A stretch of DNA of 63,974 bases, counting the filler, from an uncultured Myxococcia bacterium (GTDB lineage: Bacteria > CAZTWC01): assembly GCA_964617105.1 (NCBI GenBank). It is 3 parts of 3 records of this genome, joined end to end, with 100 filler letters (N's around TTAATTAATTAA, not from the genome) between each part and the next. Parts side by side here need not be neighbours in the genome. Positions count along the whole stretch, not along the records: positions 22,822 to 45,538 come from CAZTWC010000027.1; positions 45,639 to 63,974 come from CAZTWC010000048.1; 1 more part is not named here. One strand, given 5' to 3'. Shown here in pieces: positions 37,461-48,600 of this stretch. The notes under the pieces are model-generated. The model had not been told where the DNA came from. It saw nothing but the letters and a program-made list of their open reading frames with translations, and searched no databases. A program made the position numbers and the translations under genes. Position 1 is the first letter of the stretch. Each line of letters starts with the position of its first letter.

Positions 37461-37822
37461 TGGATCACTTTATTGGCAATTTCCAGTGCTTCAATATAGT
37501 CATCTTCAGTCACCGGATCATATTCGCCAGGATACCTGGTTTCCACAGCAAATTCTGTCATGGTTTTTGATTCGAGGACAAATTCTGGTATTTTGACGCC
37601 TTTTTGTTCAAGTAATTCGATAAGATAAGCAATATCGTGTGTTTTTGGAAAAACGATCTCATTTGCTATGCATAGTGCTTTTAATGCTTTTTCCACTCCC
37701 TGTTGAGCATCAAAACAAATATCTTCAAAAAATATCTCATCAGAAACCTGGCCTGCATTGGCCTTAGCAAGATTACTCTTTGCTCTTTGCATCCATTTAG
37801 TAATTTTATCAAGGTTTTTCAT
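37439..37822 (-). CDS. HEPN domain protein (partner of MNT)
   Basis: W..RA..NL, CFDAQQGVEKALKA, PKTHDI..L, TRYPG. Confidence 0.88.
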   Translation of the reverse strand: MKNLDKITKWMQRAKSNLAKANAGQVSDEIFFEDICFDAQQGVEKALKALCIANEIVFPKTHDIAYLIELLEQKGVKIPEFVLESKTMTEFAVETRYPGEYDPVTEDDYIEALEIANKVIQWVEESL

Positions 37823-38129
37823 AAACTACTCTTCCTTTGTCTGCTGCCTCTTTATAGATGAGATAAGGATCGTTTTTTAATATCTCAAAACGCTCTAGAT
37901 CTGCGACAATAACATCCACTGGGGCACCAATATGATGGAAGTTACGGTAGATCTTTTTGGTCAGTGTTCTTTTATCTTTCAAATTCTGTTTTAGCACCAG
38001 CAAGTCCAAATCACTTTCTTTGTGAAACTGATCAGTTGCTCTTGAACCAAATAAAATAATTCTATCTGGTTGGGCTACCGCCACAATAGTTGAGATGGCT
38101 TTTTGTAAAGGTTTAAATATTTCTGCCAT
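37809..38129 (-). CDS. Minimal nucleotidyltransferase (MNT)
   Basis: IILFGS-X10-DLD motif, VDVIV, G.VVYE. Overlaps the HEPN gene. Confidence 0.9.
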   Translation of the reverse strand: MAEIFKPLQKAISTIVAVAQPDRIILFGSRATDQFHKESDLDLLVLKQNLKDKRTLTKKIYRNFHHIGAPVDVIVADLERFEILKNDPYLIYKEAADKGRVVYEKP

Positions 38130-38249
38130 TTTAATCTGCCTAGTTGAAATTGATAGAAAACCAAAATATAATTTATTATGATATTATTTTGATAATCTGA
38201 CAAGAGAAAATTGGGAATTCAACTGCATCTACACAAGAGAACTATTTTG

Positions 38250-38927
38250 ATGGAAAACCTAACAGAAAAAATTCGAATTATGCGGCGGGGGAGGATGGAA
38301 AAGATGGACAACCAGGCCTTATCCAACCTGATTGGTGCTTATAAAGAAATTTTAATAGACCTGGGCACCGGGGATGCCCTTTTCCCCTATCGCCAGGCCA
38401 AAGAGGACCCAAACTTGCTCTGTTTAGGTATCGATCCGGTGGCCGAGGTCATGAATAAAACTTCTAATCGGATTGGGCGTAAACCTGCACGGGGCGGAGT
38501 GAACAACCTTTTGCTGATGGTGGCCAGCCTGGAATCTTTGCCGCAAGCATTAAAGGGTTCGGCTCAGCGGTTGACTATCAATTTTCCCTGGAGCGCTCTC
38601 CTCCGCTTCCTGGTGGAGCCGAATCTGCCAATGCTGCTCAGATTACGCTCTTTGTTAAAACCAGAAGGCCAAATGGAAACCTTGCTCAATTTACAGGTTT
38701 TCAAAGATGACCAATACCGCCAGCGCCTCAACCTGCCCTGGCTGGATATGGAATATGTTAACACCTCGCTAAAGCCGTCCTGGAGCAAATGCGGTCTGCA
38801 AATAGAACACCTGAAACTGCTGGGGCCAGGTCAACTCCCAATACGCACCAGTTGGGGCCAGCAACTGACCATGGGCAGCAGCCGCGACACCATGTATCTC
38901 CGGGCCAGGGCTATTTTGGCCATCTAG
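38250..38927 (+). CDS. 16S rRNA (adenine-1408-N1)-methyltransferase, NpmA/KamB family
   Basis: IDLGTGD, GIDPV, KPARGGVNN, ESLP, FPW..LL and TSW..L..G..R, colinear with the remembered NpmA motifs IDLGTGDG, GIDPV, KPSKGGLSN, AESLP, FPWGTLL and SLWAKRL. Confidence 0.85.
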   Translation: MENLTEKIRIMRRGRMEKMDNQALSNLIGAYKEILIDLGTGDALFPYRQAKEDPNLLCLGIDPVAEVMNKTSNRIGRKPARGGVNNLLLMVASLESLPQALKGSAQRLTINFPWSALLRFLVEPNLPMLLRLRSLLKPEGQMETLLNLQVFKDDQYRQRLNLPWLDMEYVNTSLKPSWSKCGLQIEHLKLLGPGQLPIRTSWGQQLTMGSSRDTMYLRARAILAI

Positions 38928-39016
38928 TTCATTTTGCCCTGGTAGTTGCTGATTTTAGGTATTAATGCAAATAGTAGTTGAAATTAGCCATAGAGTTTGA
39001 TTATGATGTAACTACT

Positions 39017-40992
39017 ATGGATCTGATTATCGTTGAATCTCCCAATAAAATTAAAAAAATTAAGAAAATCGTTGGCTCTGGATACGATGTAAAAGCATCG
39101 GTGGGACACTTTCGGGACCTACCCAAAAAAAGTTTGGGGATTGATCTTGAAAAGATTTCAAACCTAATTACCAGATTGAATTCCAAAAGCGAAGAGTGGT
39201 TTCGCAAATAAAATCTGCAGGAGAAAAAGCGGATAAAATATTTCTCTCCACCGACCCTGACCGGGAAGGTGAGGCCATTGCCTGGCACTTGAAATATATT
39301 TTGGGAAAAAACGGTAAAAAGACTTTGCGAGCGACTTTTCAAGAAATCACTCCCCAGGCAGTTAAGCAGGCCATTCAAAAGGCCGGCCAATTAAATCTAA
39401 ACCTGGTAAATGCCCAGCAAGCCCGCCGAATTCTTGATCGGATTGTGGGCTATAAAATAAGCCCCATGCTCTGGCAATTTAGAAAAGGTCTTTCAGCAGG
39501 CCGGGTACAATCCGCCACCCTGCACCTGGTGGTGGAAAGGGAGAAAGAGATTCTAGGCTTTAACCCAGAAGAATACTGGGTGTTAAAAGTAAAATACAAC
39601 AACGGCCTGGTATCAGAATATGCCATTAAAGAAAAGGGGAAATTTCAAGCTAAAAAACTGGAGAATAAAGAGCAGACCGAAAAAATTATCTCCCTGGCCA
39701 AACAAAATGAACACCTGGTTAAATCTATTGAAGGGAAAAAAACTTTTACCAGGCCCAAGCCGCCCTTTACCACCTCCACCCTTCAGCAGGCCGCCTCATC
39801 CTCTTTGGGATTCAAACCAGCCAAAACCATGAGGGTTGCCCAAAAACTCTTTGAGGGCGGGCATATCACCTACCACCGGACCGATGCGGTTTTTCTCTCC
39901 AGTAACGCCATCCAAATGGCCCGGCAATATATAAATGAAAACTACTCAGAGAGTCTCCCGGATAAACCGCCATTTTACCGCGCCAAAGCCGGAGCCCAAG
40001 AGGCCCACGAGGCTATTAGGCCCACCACCCCAAAGAATTTTATCTCTGCTCCTCCGGATGAACTCAAACTCTACCAACTGATTTTCAGACGCTTTATTGC
40101 CTCCCAATGCAAGCCGGCTGAATATTTTAAAACCTTTATTTTAACTCAGGCCGGAGAAGTTCATTTTATCGCCTCCGGCTCTATCCTCACTTTTCCCGGT
40201 TACCTGAAATTTTACGCTGGAATTGACTCAAAAGATAAAGATGAACAAAACCAGTTGCCTATGGTGAAAGAGGGAGAAAAACTCCTGCCAGACCAATATT
40301 TGCCCGAGCAAAAATTTACTAAGCCTCCTCCCCGCTTCACTGAGGCCAGTTTGATTAAAGAGATGGAAAAATGCGGTATTGGCCGCCCTTCAACCTATGC
40401 CGCCACCGTGCAGGTGCTTTTCACCAGGGAATATATCCTCAGTGAAAAGAAAAATGTCTATCCCTCGGAATTGGGATCTTTCATTGACGATCTTTTAGAT
40501 AAAGGGTTCAACCAGTTAGTACTGGCAGAATACACCGCCGGCCTGGAAGAGAAACTGGATCTTATTGCTGAAGGCAAACTCCACTGGACCAAGTTTTTAG
40601 AAGAGTGGTTTCGCAAATTTGCCCCTCAACTGGATGTTTCCAAAGTGCTTTTTAAGGATCTGGCCAAACAAAAAGGGGCTGACTTTAAAGTCGGCGGCGG
40701 AGAAGCACAAACCGCCTCTGTACCCAAGGTGGTTCGGGGAGTTAAGTGCCCGGAATGTGAAGGTGATATGGTGGAGCGTAAAGGAAAATACGGTAAATTT
40801 TACGGTTGTGCAAAATATCCCGCCTGCAAGGGGATATTGGACCCTAAGAGATCTAAGAAGAAAGCCCCCAAAATTGCCCAGGGGATCGTTTGCCCGAACT
40901 GCGGCGGGGAGATGGTAGAGAGAAAAGGAAAATATGGCGCTTTCTATGGTTGTAAAAATTATCCCAAGTGTAAAGGGATTGTAAAAAAATGA
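39017..40992 (+). CDS. topA: DNA topoisomerase I with a 1-bp frameshift near 39150 (probable homopolymer error)
   Basis: [17 protein letters not shown], then in another frame [27 protein letters not shown] (catalytic Tyr), [19 protein letters not shown] and two Zn-ribbon repeats. Confidence 0.93.
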
Positions 40993-42285
40993 CTGAACCA
41001 TCCTCACCCTATGGTTGTCTTTGGATTGTTGGCACCCCTATTGGTAATGCTGATGATATCTCCCAGCGGGCTATAAATATTATCAGCTCTGCCAGTTTGG
41101 TGGCGGCTGAGGACACCCGAAAAGGGCTCTGGCTCTTAAAACATCTGCGGATCAACACCAAACTAATCAGTTGCCACCAGCACAACCAAATGGGGCGCGT
41201 TGATCTGGTGCTGTCAATTTTGGCTAAAGGAGAGAATGTTGCCTATATCTGCGATGCCGGCACCCCGGGTGTTTCTGATCCAGGCTCGCTTTTGATCGAT
41301 GCCGTGGTTGCCGCTGGCTATGAGGTGCAAGCAGCTCCAGGCCCCAGCGCGGTGACTACGGCGGTTTCCATCTCCGGCCTGGCCGGGGCGGGATACCATT
41401 TTCTTGGTTTTTTACCTCGAGGTAAATCCAGGCGCCGGGATGAATTACGAATTTTGGCCGCTTCGCACCGTCCTATGGTGCTGTTTGAATCGCCCCGCAG
41501 GATCCTTCCCTTGCTAAACCTGATTCAAGATACCCTGGGAGATCGCCAGGCAGTGCTCTGCCGGGAATTGACCAAAACCCACCAACAAGTGCTGCGTGGC
41601 CGGATATCAGAAATAATCGACAGCCTGGCGGCCAGGCCTCGCGGGGAGATCACCCTGGTAATATCGGGATATCAAAAAAATCAAAGCGATTCTGCCGGGG
41701 CTGATAATCAACTTTTGCCCGATATCGAATCCCGGGCAGCGGAATTGCTGAACCAGGGGATGAGCAAACCTCAGGCTGCCCGCTGCCTGGTGGATGAAAC
41801 CGGAGGCAGCATCAGCAGAAAAGAAGCCTACTCCCTGGTGTTACGGGCCCAAAGACCCCATCAAGAGATCAAATTTCGAGCCTGGGGCGATCCTGAGATC
41901 CGCGCTAGTCACGATAAAACCATAGAGTTCACCCGGGAAAAAGAGATCAACCTGCGCCAAACCTGTGTAGTCGGGGTAGAGGCAGATTGGGAGCCAACTG
42001 ATTTAAAGGGGCTGTCGGGCAAAGGTACAATCACCATTAAATCTGGTACGGNNNNNNNNNNTTGAGGTTATTTTTAATCCCAACTTTTCATCGGGTCAAA
42101 AAATTATTTTTCGCCGCAGCAATTATACCTGCGCTGCCACTTTAGGAAAATCAGCCGCCAAAGGTGCATCTGACCTGGATCCAAGATTAAAAGAGAAACT
42201 ATCCACTGACCAACAAGAGATAGAGATCTTTATATTGACGGAAAAGGTTAGTCCCTGGAGTCCAAAATCAACTGTTGACAAATAA
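40989..42285 (+). CDS. rsmI: 16S rRNA Cm1402 methyltransferase RsmI fused to a C-terminal DUF371-like domain (gap at 42052-42061)
   Basis: VGTPIGN..DIS.RA, AAEDTR, DAGTPGVSDPG, FESPRR, RELTK. Then RAWGDPEIRASHDKTIEFTRE...CVVGVEAD, and after the gap FNPNF...IIFRRSNY...TLG...KGASDLD..L to a TAA at 42283-42285. Confidence 0.85.
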
Positions 42286-42375
42286 TTTTGCAACCACTGG
42301 CTTGTTTGATGGCTCTATATATAAAGCATAACCTTACTTTTCTACAAAGTAATTGTAATTATAGGATTATTATAA

Positions 42376-45300
42376 ATGCAGCACTATTACAAATATTTAT
42401 GGCCCCTCATGGCTATCATAGTTATTTCCGCCATTTTTATTCCCCTTATAGTTTTTTTGCCCTCCCCTGACCAGCCAGTGGACAATCCGGTTAAATACAT
42501 GACAAAGCACCGGGATCACCTCGATCATTCTCACTTTTTTAATACCCCCTTAAAAAATGGACCCCAGGTTACCAGAGCCTGCCTCAAGTGCCATAAAGAA
42601 ACTGCCCGGGAGGTAATGAGCACCAGTCACTGGCAGTGGTTGGGAGATAAAGTGAAAATTCCAGGTCATAAAGAACCGATGCGCATAGGAAAAAAGAATT
42701 TAATTAATAATTATTGTATTGGCATCACCGGCAATTGGGCTTCGTGCACCTCCTGCCATGCTGGCTATGGCTGGAAAGACAATTCCTACGATTTTAACCG
42801 GCAAGAAAATGTTGATTGCCTTGTTTGCCACGACGGTTCTGGCACCTACTACAAGCAAAAAGCGGGTCTGCCCGGAAAAAAAGTGGACCTCCTTGCAGTT
42901 GCTAAGAGTGTTGCCAGGCCAAAGGGCGAAAATTGCGGTTACTGCCACTTTTCAGGAGGGGGCGGCATGGGGGTAAAGCATGGCGATCTGGATTCCAGTA
43001 TCAATTATCCTCCCGAACGGGTTGATGTTCACATGGGCAGATACAAAATGACCTGTAGCGATTGCCACAAAACCGAAAAACATCTCATTAAGGGCCGTTC
43101 CATGGCGGTCAGCGTTGATAAAAAGAACAAAGTATATTGCACAGACTGTCATACTCAAAAGCCCCATGATGATCAGCGCCTCAATACCCATACCAACTCC
43201 ATTGGTTGTAAAACCTGCCACATCCCCCTGGTTGCCCAACGTATCCCCACCAAAACTTATTGGGATTGGTCAAAGGCGGGCCAGGACATTAAGGAGGATC
43301 CTCATAATTACTTAAAGAGAAAGGGCGAGTTTAAGTATGCCTTTAACCTGAAGCCGGAATATTATTGGTCCAATGGTACAAATTTCCGCTATATCCTTGG
43401 CGATAAAATAGACCCCGAAGCAGTTACTAAAATAAATGCGCCCCGGGGTGATATAAAAGACAATAATTCCAAGATAGACCCCTTTAAGGTTCACCGGGGA
43501 AAACAGGTTTATGATAAGAAAAACAAATATTTCTTACTGCCCACAACTGCAGGCAAAGGCGGTTATTGGCACAATTTCGATTGGGACCAGGCCTTGCGTT
43601 TGGGAGCAGAGGCCACCGGAATAAATTATAGCGGTGAATACGGTTTTGCTAAAACCGAGATGTTCAAGGCTCTCTCCCATATGGTAGCCCCCAAGAGAAT
43701 GGCCCTGGGATGTACAGACTGTCATGGAAACGATAGTCGATTCAACTGGGAAAAATTGGGCTATGAAGGCGATCCGGCCTTCAGTGGGGAACGGTATAAA
43801 ATGCACCCTCCCTTCCCGCTACTCGATGGGCAGGGAGAAAAAGTGTTACACAGCGGCGGCCCTCTATCCACCATGAAGACCTGCGGTAAATGCCACGACA
43901 CTGACTATATTGCCAGGCACAACTATCATGCCCAGGCTAGCCTTCTGAATAATGACCAAACCATCCCACCAGAAAGTGCCAGTGAAGATCTCTCTGGCCA
44001 GTGGAGACAGAGTGCCTTCAAAAGAATTAACGGGAATATGGAGGTTAACTGTCTTATCTGCCACCTGAAAAGCCCGGACAATCGGGAACGAGTTAAAGCA
44101 ATGCAAAATGAGCAGTTTGAATGGTCCATTACTGCAACCCTGGCCAATAAGGGCATTGTAAAGAGAGATTCTGCCATGCTCTGGCGCTGGCAGGAAGAAA
44201 ATTTTAACCTTGACGGCACCCTGAAAAAGGGAACGGTAAATCTTAGATCACCACAAAATGAAAATTGTGGTCTTTGCCACGGCCTGGTTCATAACGGCCA
44301 GAAGCCTGTAACCCTTGAGAAAAATCGGGCGGCAAATTGGAACTCAGCCTTTACGGGCCAGATTATTTCTCCCCAGAACATCTTTGATTCCGGCCTGAAT
44401 ATCAAAGGAAAAAAACAATTATCCAGACCCTGGGATATCCATGCCGCCCGCATGCTCAATTGCACCGCCTGCCACCATTCTTTAAACAATCCCTTTTACA
44501 ATTACCCGCAACAGAACTCGAGAACAACAACTCTCAGCCACTTGATCTACGACCGCCGGGGGATGAATATAAACAAATTTTTATACCGACCCAGCCACCA
44601 GTTGGTTACTGGACAGAGTGCTAAAAAAACAGCGGCAGAACAATTTAGAGGGACCATGGGAGACTGCAGTACCTGCCATGATGCCCAAAAAGTGCACCAG
44701 TGGCTGCCATCCAAAGAACGCCACCTGCAAAAACTCAACTGCCAGGCTTGCCATGTTTCCAACCTCTACGCCCCTGCTCTGAGGCAAGTTGACTGGACCG
44801 TTATCAATAGAGAGGGAAAACCGCGGCTGGAATTCAGGGGTATTGAAGAGAATAGTGCAGCATTGAACTCTTTACAGACGGGTTATGCTCCTTTCCTGCT
44901 GCCACGCCAGGAAATATCCTCCAGGATTGCCTTGCATCCCTATAATCTGGTTGGGACCTGGTATTGGGCGGCGGGAAAAGAGGAAGGGCCCATCAATACT
45001 AGTTTATTAAAAGATGCTTTTTTGGAAAATGGCAATTACCGGCGGGTGGTCATGGATACATTTGATAAAGATGGCGATGGGCAATTGAACAGCAAGGAAT
45101 TGAAACTTGACACCAAGAAAAAAATCGAGGTAATCAAACAGAGGTTTGAACTGCTGGGTCTTAAAAATCCACAGATTAAAGCAAAACTCGAACCTTTTGA
45201 CGTTAACCATGGGATTTCCAAAGGCGCCTGGGCCATAAAAGAGTGTCAAACCTGCCACCAGGGCAAATCGCGCCTGGAAGAATCCATTGCGCTGGGTTCC

Positions 45301-45538
45301 TTTGCTCCTGGTAATATTATTCCAGATCTCCCCAAAGATACCAACCTCATGCTGGCTGGAAATTTTTCTTTTTCTGAAGAGGGTTCGCTATCTTTTAAAC
45401 CAGAGTACGATACCAAACATCTCTATATCTTTGGGCATTCCCGATGGATATATCTCGATATCTTAGGATTACTGCTGCTGATAATGCATTTTCTGGGAGC
45501 CTTTGCCCATGGAGGATTACGTTTTTATTGGGCCCGGG
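42376..45538 (+). CDS. Multiheme cytochrome c: octaheme tetrathionate reductase (Otr)-like domain + 7-heme domain + start of a membrane domain; 3' truncated
   Basis: 15 CxxCH motifs; Otr-like GKKNLINNYCI, KHGDLD, DVHM, WDWSKAG, PFKVHRGKQ.YD and SHMVAPK; EF-hand-like DKDGDGQLNSKE; terminal TM helix ending AHGGLR. Confidence 0.88.
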
Positions 45539-45638
45539 NNNNNNNNNNNNNNNNNNNNNNNNNNNNNNNNNNNNNNNNNNNNTTAATTAATTAANNNNNN
45601 NNNNNNNNNNNNNNNNNNNNNNNNNNNNNNNNNNNNNN
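45539..45638. other. Artificial scaffold linker
   Basis: 44 N + TTAATTAATTAA + 44 N. Confidence 0.95.
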
Positions 45639-48600
45639 GACGGCAACTTTGTGTGCACTGAAAATCCTTTGGAGGATGTAACTGACGCCAGTTCCAACCT
45701 GATTGGAAAACGGGGCGGAAGTTACTGCCATTACCAGTGTATTAGCCAGCGAGAGAGTTGTGATGGTATTGACAACGATTGCGATGGCAAAATAGACGAA
45801 GGCTGCGGGCAACTGGATCCAGAAGCCCATATTGGTAAAGAGTGCGCTGATGCTTCTCAGTGCCAGAGTCTGCACGGCCGCTTGAGCCTGTGTGTGAAAA
45901 GTAAACCGGAAGATTCCATGGGGGTATGCAACATCCCCTGCCAACCAGGCGGTTTTGAATGCAGCAACCTGATAAGTGCTGACCATATGTGCACTCAGGT
46001 GGCTGGAGTTAATTTTTGCAGCACCAAGTGTATGAACAATCACGAATGCCGCGACCATATGGTCTGCCAGAAGGACAATAATGGCCGGATGGTTTGCCTG
46101 CCTGGCGTCAAGACTGACCAGGATGGTGATGGTTATTCTCCGCCGTTGGACTGTGATGACAGCAACGCCGATCTCAAGCCAGACAACTATGACAGTTGTG
46201 ATGGCATTGACAACGACTGCGATGGGAAAACCGATGAGGACCAGGGCCACATAGACTGTGGAGAGGGAGAGTGCCGGGTGACAGTACCTGAATGCGTGGA
46301 TGGTAAAACCAATCAATGCACCCCGGGAGAGCCAACAACTGAAACCTGTGACGGACGCGACAACGACTGTGACGGCCAGGTTGACGAAGATGCCGGCTGC
46401 GCTCCAGTTATTGGCAAAAGTTGCACTAGTGACAGTGACTGCGGAATGCATTTAGGAACCAAATCGGTTCAGGCCAGTTGCCTGGAAAGTGATGGCCAAA
46501 AGATCTGTATCCTCAAAAACCCGGGCTGTCCCAAAGAGGGCTGTCCAAGCAATACTATATGCTTGAAAGATCGGATTTTGGATGAAATTTGTCTGCCCAA
46601 TTGTGATCCTACCGGTTGTGCCATCCCAGGAGAATTCATCTGCCAGCCCAATTTTGAAAAAGATTTCTTTTGCTGGCGCAAATGCCAGACCAATAGCGAT
46701 TGCCAAATCTATCTGGCGGATGAAAACAAAACCATAAATCTGGTCTGCAGCAGCAGCGGCCAGTGTTTTCCGCCTTGCGATGTCTCCAGGGGCGACAATT
46801 GCCCTATCGGCGATTCCCAGAATACCGGCAGTTTTATCTGTATTGGTAAAGAAATACAAGATGTATTGGATAGCAACAACCAGGTGCTCGGCCAACGAGG
46901 CGGCGACCATTGTATCAGACGCTGCCTGGAGGATAAAGACTGCGGTCCCAATATGTTCTGCAATCACAAAATAAAGCGGTGCCTGGGCACACCTTGTAAT
47001 AGTGATGAAGAATGCGGTAGTGATTATACTTGCAGTAACTACAAATGCGTATTCTTCTGCGCCAACAATGAGGAGTGCCGGCCCGGAGAGATCTGCAACA
47101 CCACTGATAGCAGGTGCCATCAAAAAGATTGCCTGAACACCCTGGAATGCCCTATGGGCTCCTTCTGTGATCTGACCGATAAAAAATGCCGGCCTGGAGT
47201 AGTTGAAGGATGTAAAGATGATGGCGATTGCGCTTCAGATCACTTCTGCGACCAGTACGAGCACCTTTGTAAACCCAGGTATTGCAAACTAGAGTCCGAC
47301 TGTGCCGAAGGATTTGTCTGTGAAGATGGCAGCTGCCACCACACAATGCCTGCCTGTAAAACCGATGAAGATTGCGGAACAGGCAATAACTGTCAAATTG
47401 CATTTGGTGCTACTGAAGGCGAATGTCACCCCAAACCCTGTGAACAAGACTCTGATTGCGGCGAAAATGCCCGCTGTCAACGCTCTGCCCATATCCCTTT
47501 CACATCTGGGGGTAGTGCAATGGAGGTCTTCNNNNNNNNNNATATCAAACAGTGCCGTTTCTGGTGCAATACTAACGACCAGTGTTCTCCAGGTGAGTTC
47601 TGTGACCATGCTGACAATCACTGTAAAAAAGAGATGATCCCCAGATGCGGTAAAGACACCGACTGTTTCCTTGATCATTATTGTCAGATTGAAGCGGGGA
47701 ACAGCCAGGGCGAGTGCAAAGTAAAAGCCTGCACCACTGATACCGAGTGCCGCCAGGGTTCAAAATGCAACCTTGACACCAAACATTGTTACCCCTATTG
47801 CGACCTCAACAATACCTGTCCGGAAACCTATTTCTGCAACTTTGAGGAGCAGCACTGCTTTAAAGGCTGTAAAGCCGATGGAGATTGTCCGGATGCAGAA
47901 AATGGTACCAGTTTCTGCAATATGATTTTGCACACCTGCCAGCCGGGCAAAGCCCAGTGTTACAGAAATAGCGACTGTGCTGCCAACAACTATTGCGATC
48001 TTAGAGATCTTACCTGCAAGCCCTTGAATTGCCAAGTGAATGCAGATGGCACCAGCGACTGTCCGACCGGAGAGATGTGCGACCGGGTGGATTACCAGTG
48101 CCGCCCCCATCAAAGATGTACAACTGATGCTGACTGCGGCCATATGTTGTATTGCGACCAGGCTAACAGTACCTGTACCTACAAAGCCTGTTCTGACACA
48201 GAAAAATGCAGTGAAGGATTTGTCTGCGATACTACCAAAAATATCTGCCAGCCCACTGCCTGCCAGGAAGACAGCCAATGTCTGGAACACCATTTCTGCG
48301 CTGTAGATATGGGTTACTGTCTGCCCCGCAGCAAAAGACCTTGCACAGAACACCAGGAGTGCCAAAGTTGGGAACGCTGCCGGATATATACAGTGGATAC
48401 CACGCTGATCCGTTTGTGCGTCAATGCCCATTGCCAGGCAGATGAGGACTGCGGGCCAGGCGCGGTTTGCAACCTGGATAAAAATGGTTGTGAACTAACC
48501 AAATGCGCATCCAGCCAGGATTGTGATCCCGGAATGTTCTGCGATCCCCAGGGACGCTGCCTGCACCAGGGGCCAAAACAGTGTTCCGCCACCAGTGAGT

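Noticed and set aside
39191-40618. 19-bp direct repeat GAAGAGTGGTTTCGCAAAT in topA (39191-39209 and 40600-40618)
   Set aside because: The copies are read in different frames of the restored gene and both fit TopA sequence. There is no sign of an inserted element between them, so it is treated as coincidence, though reads could be checked for a local misassembly.
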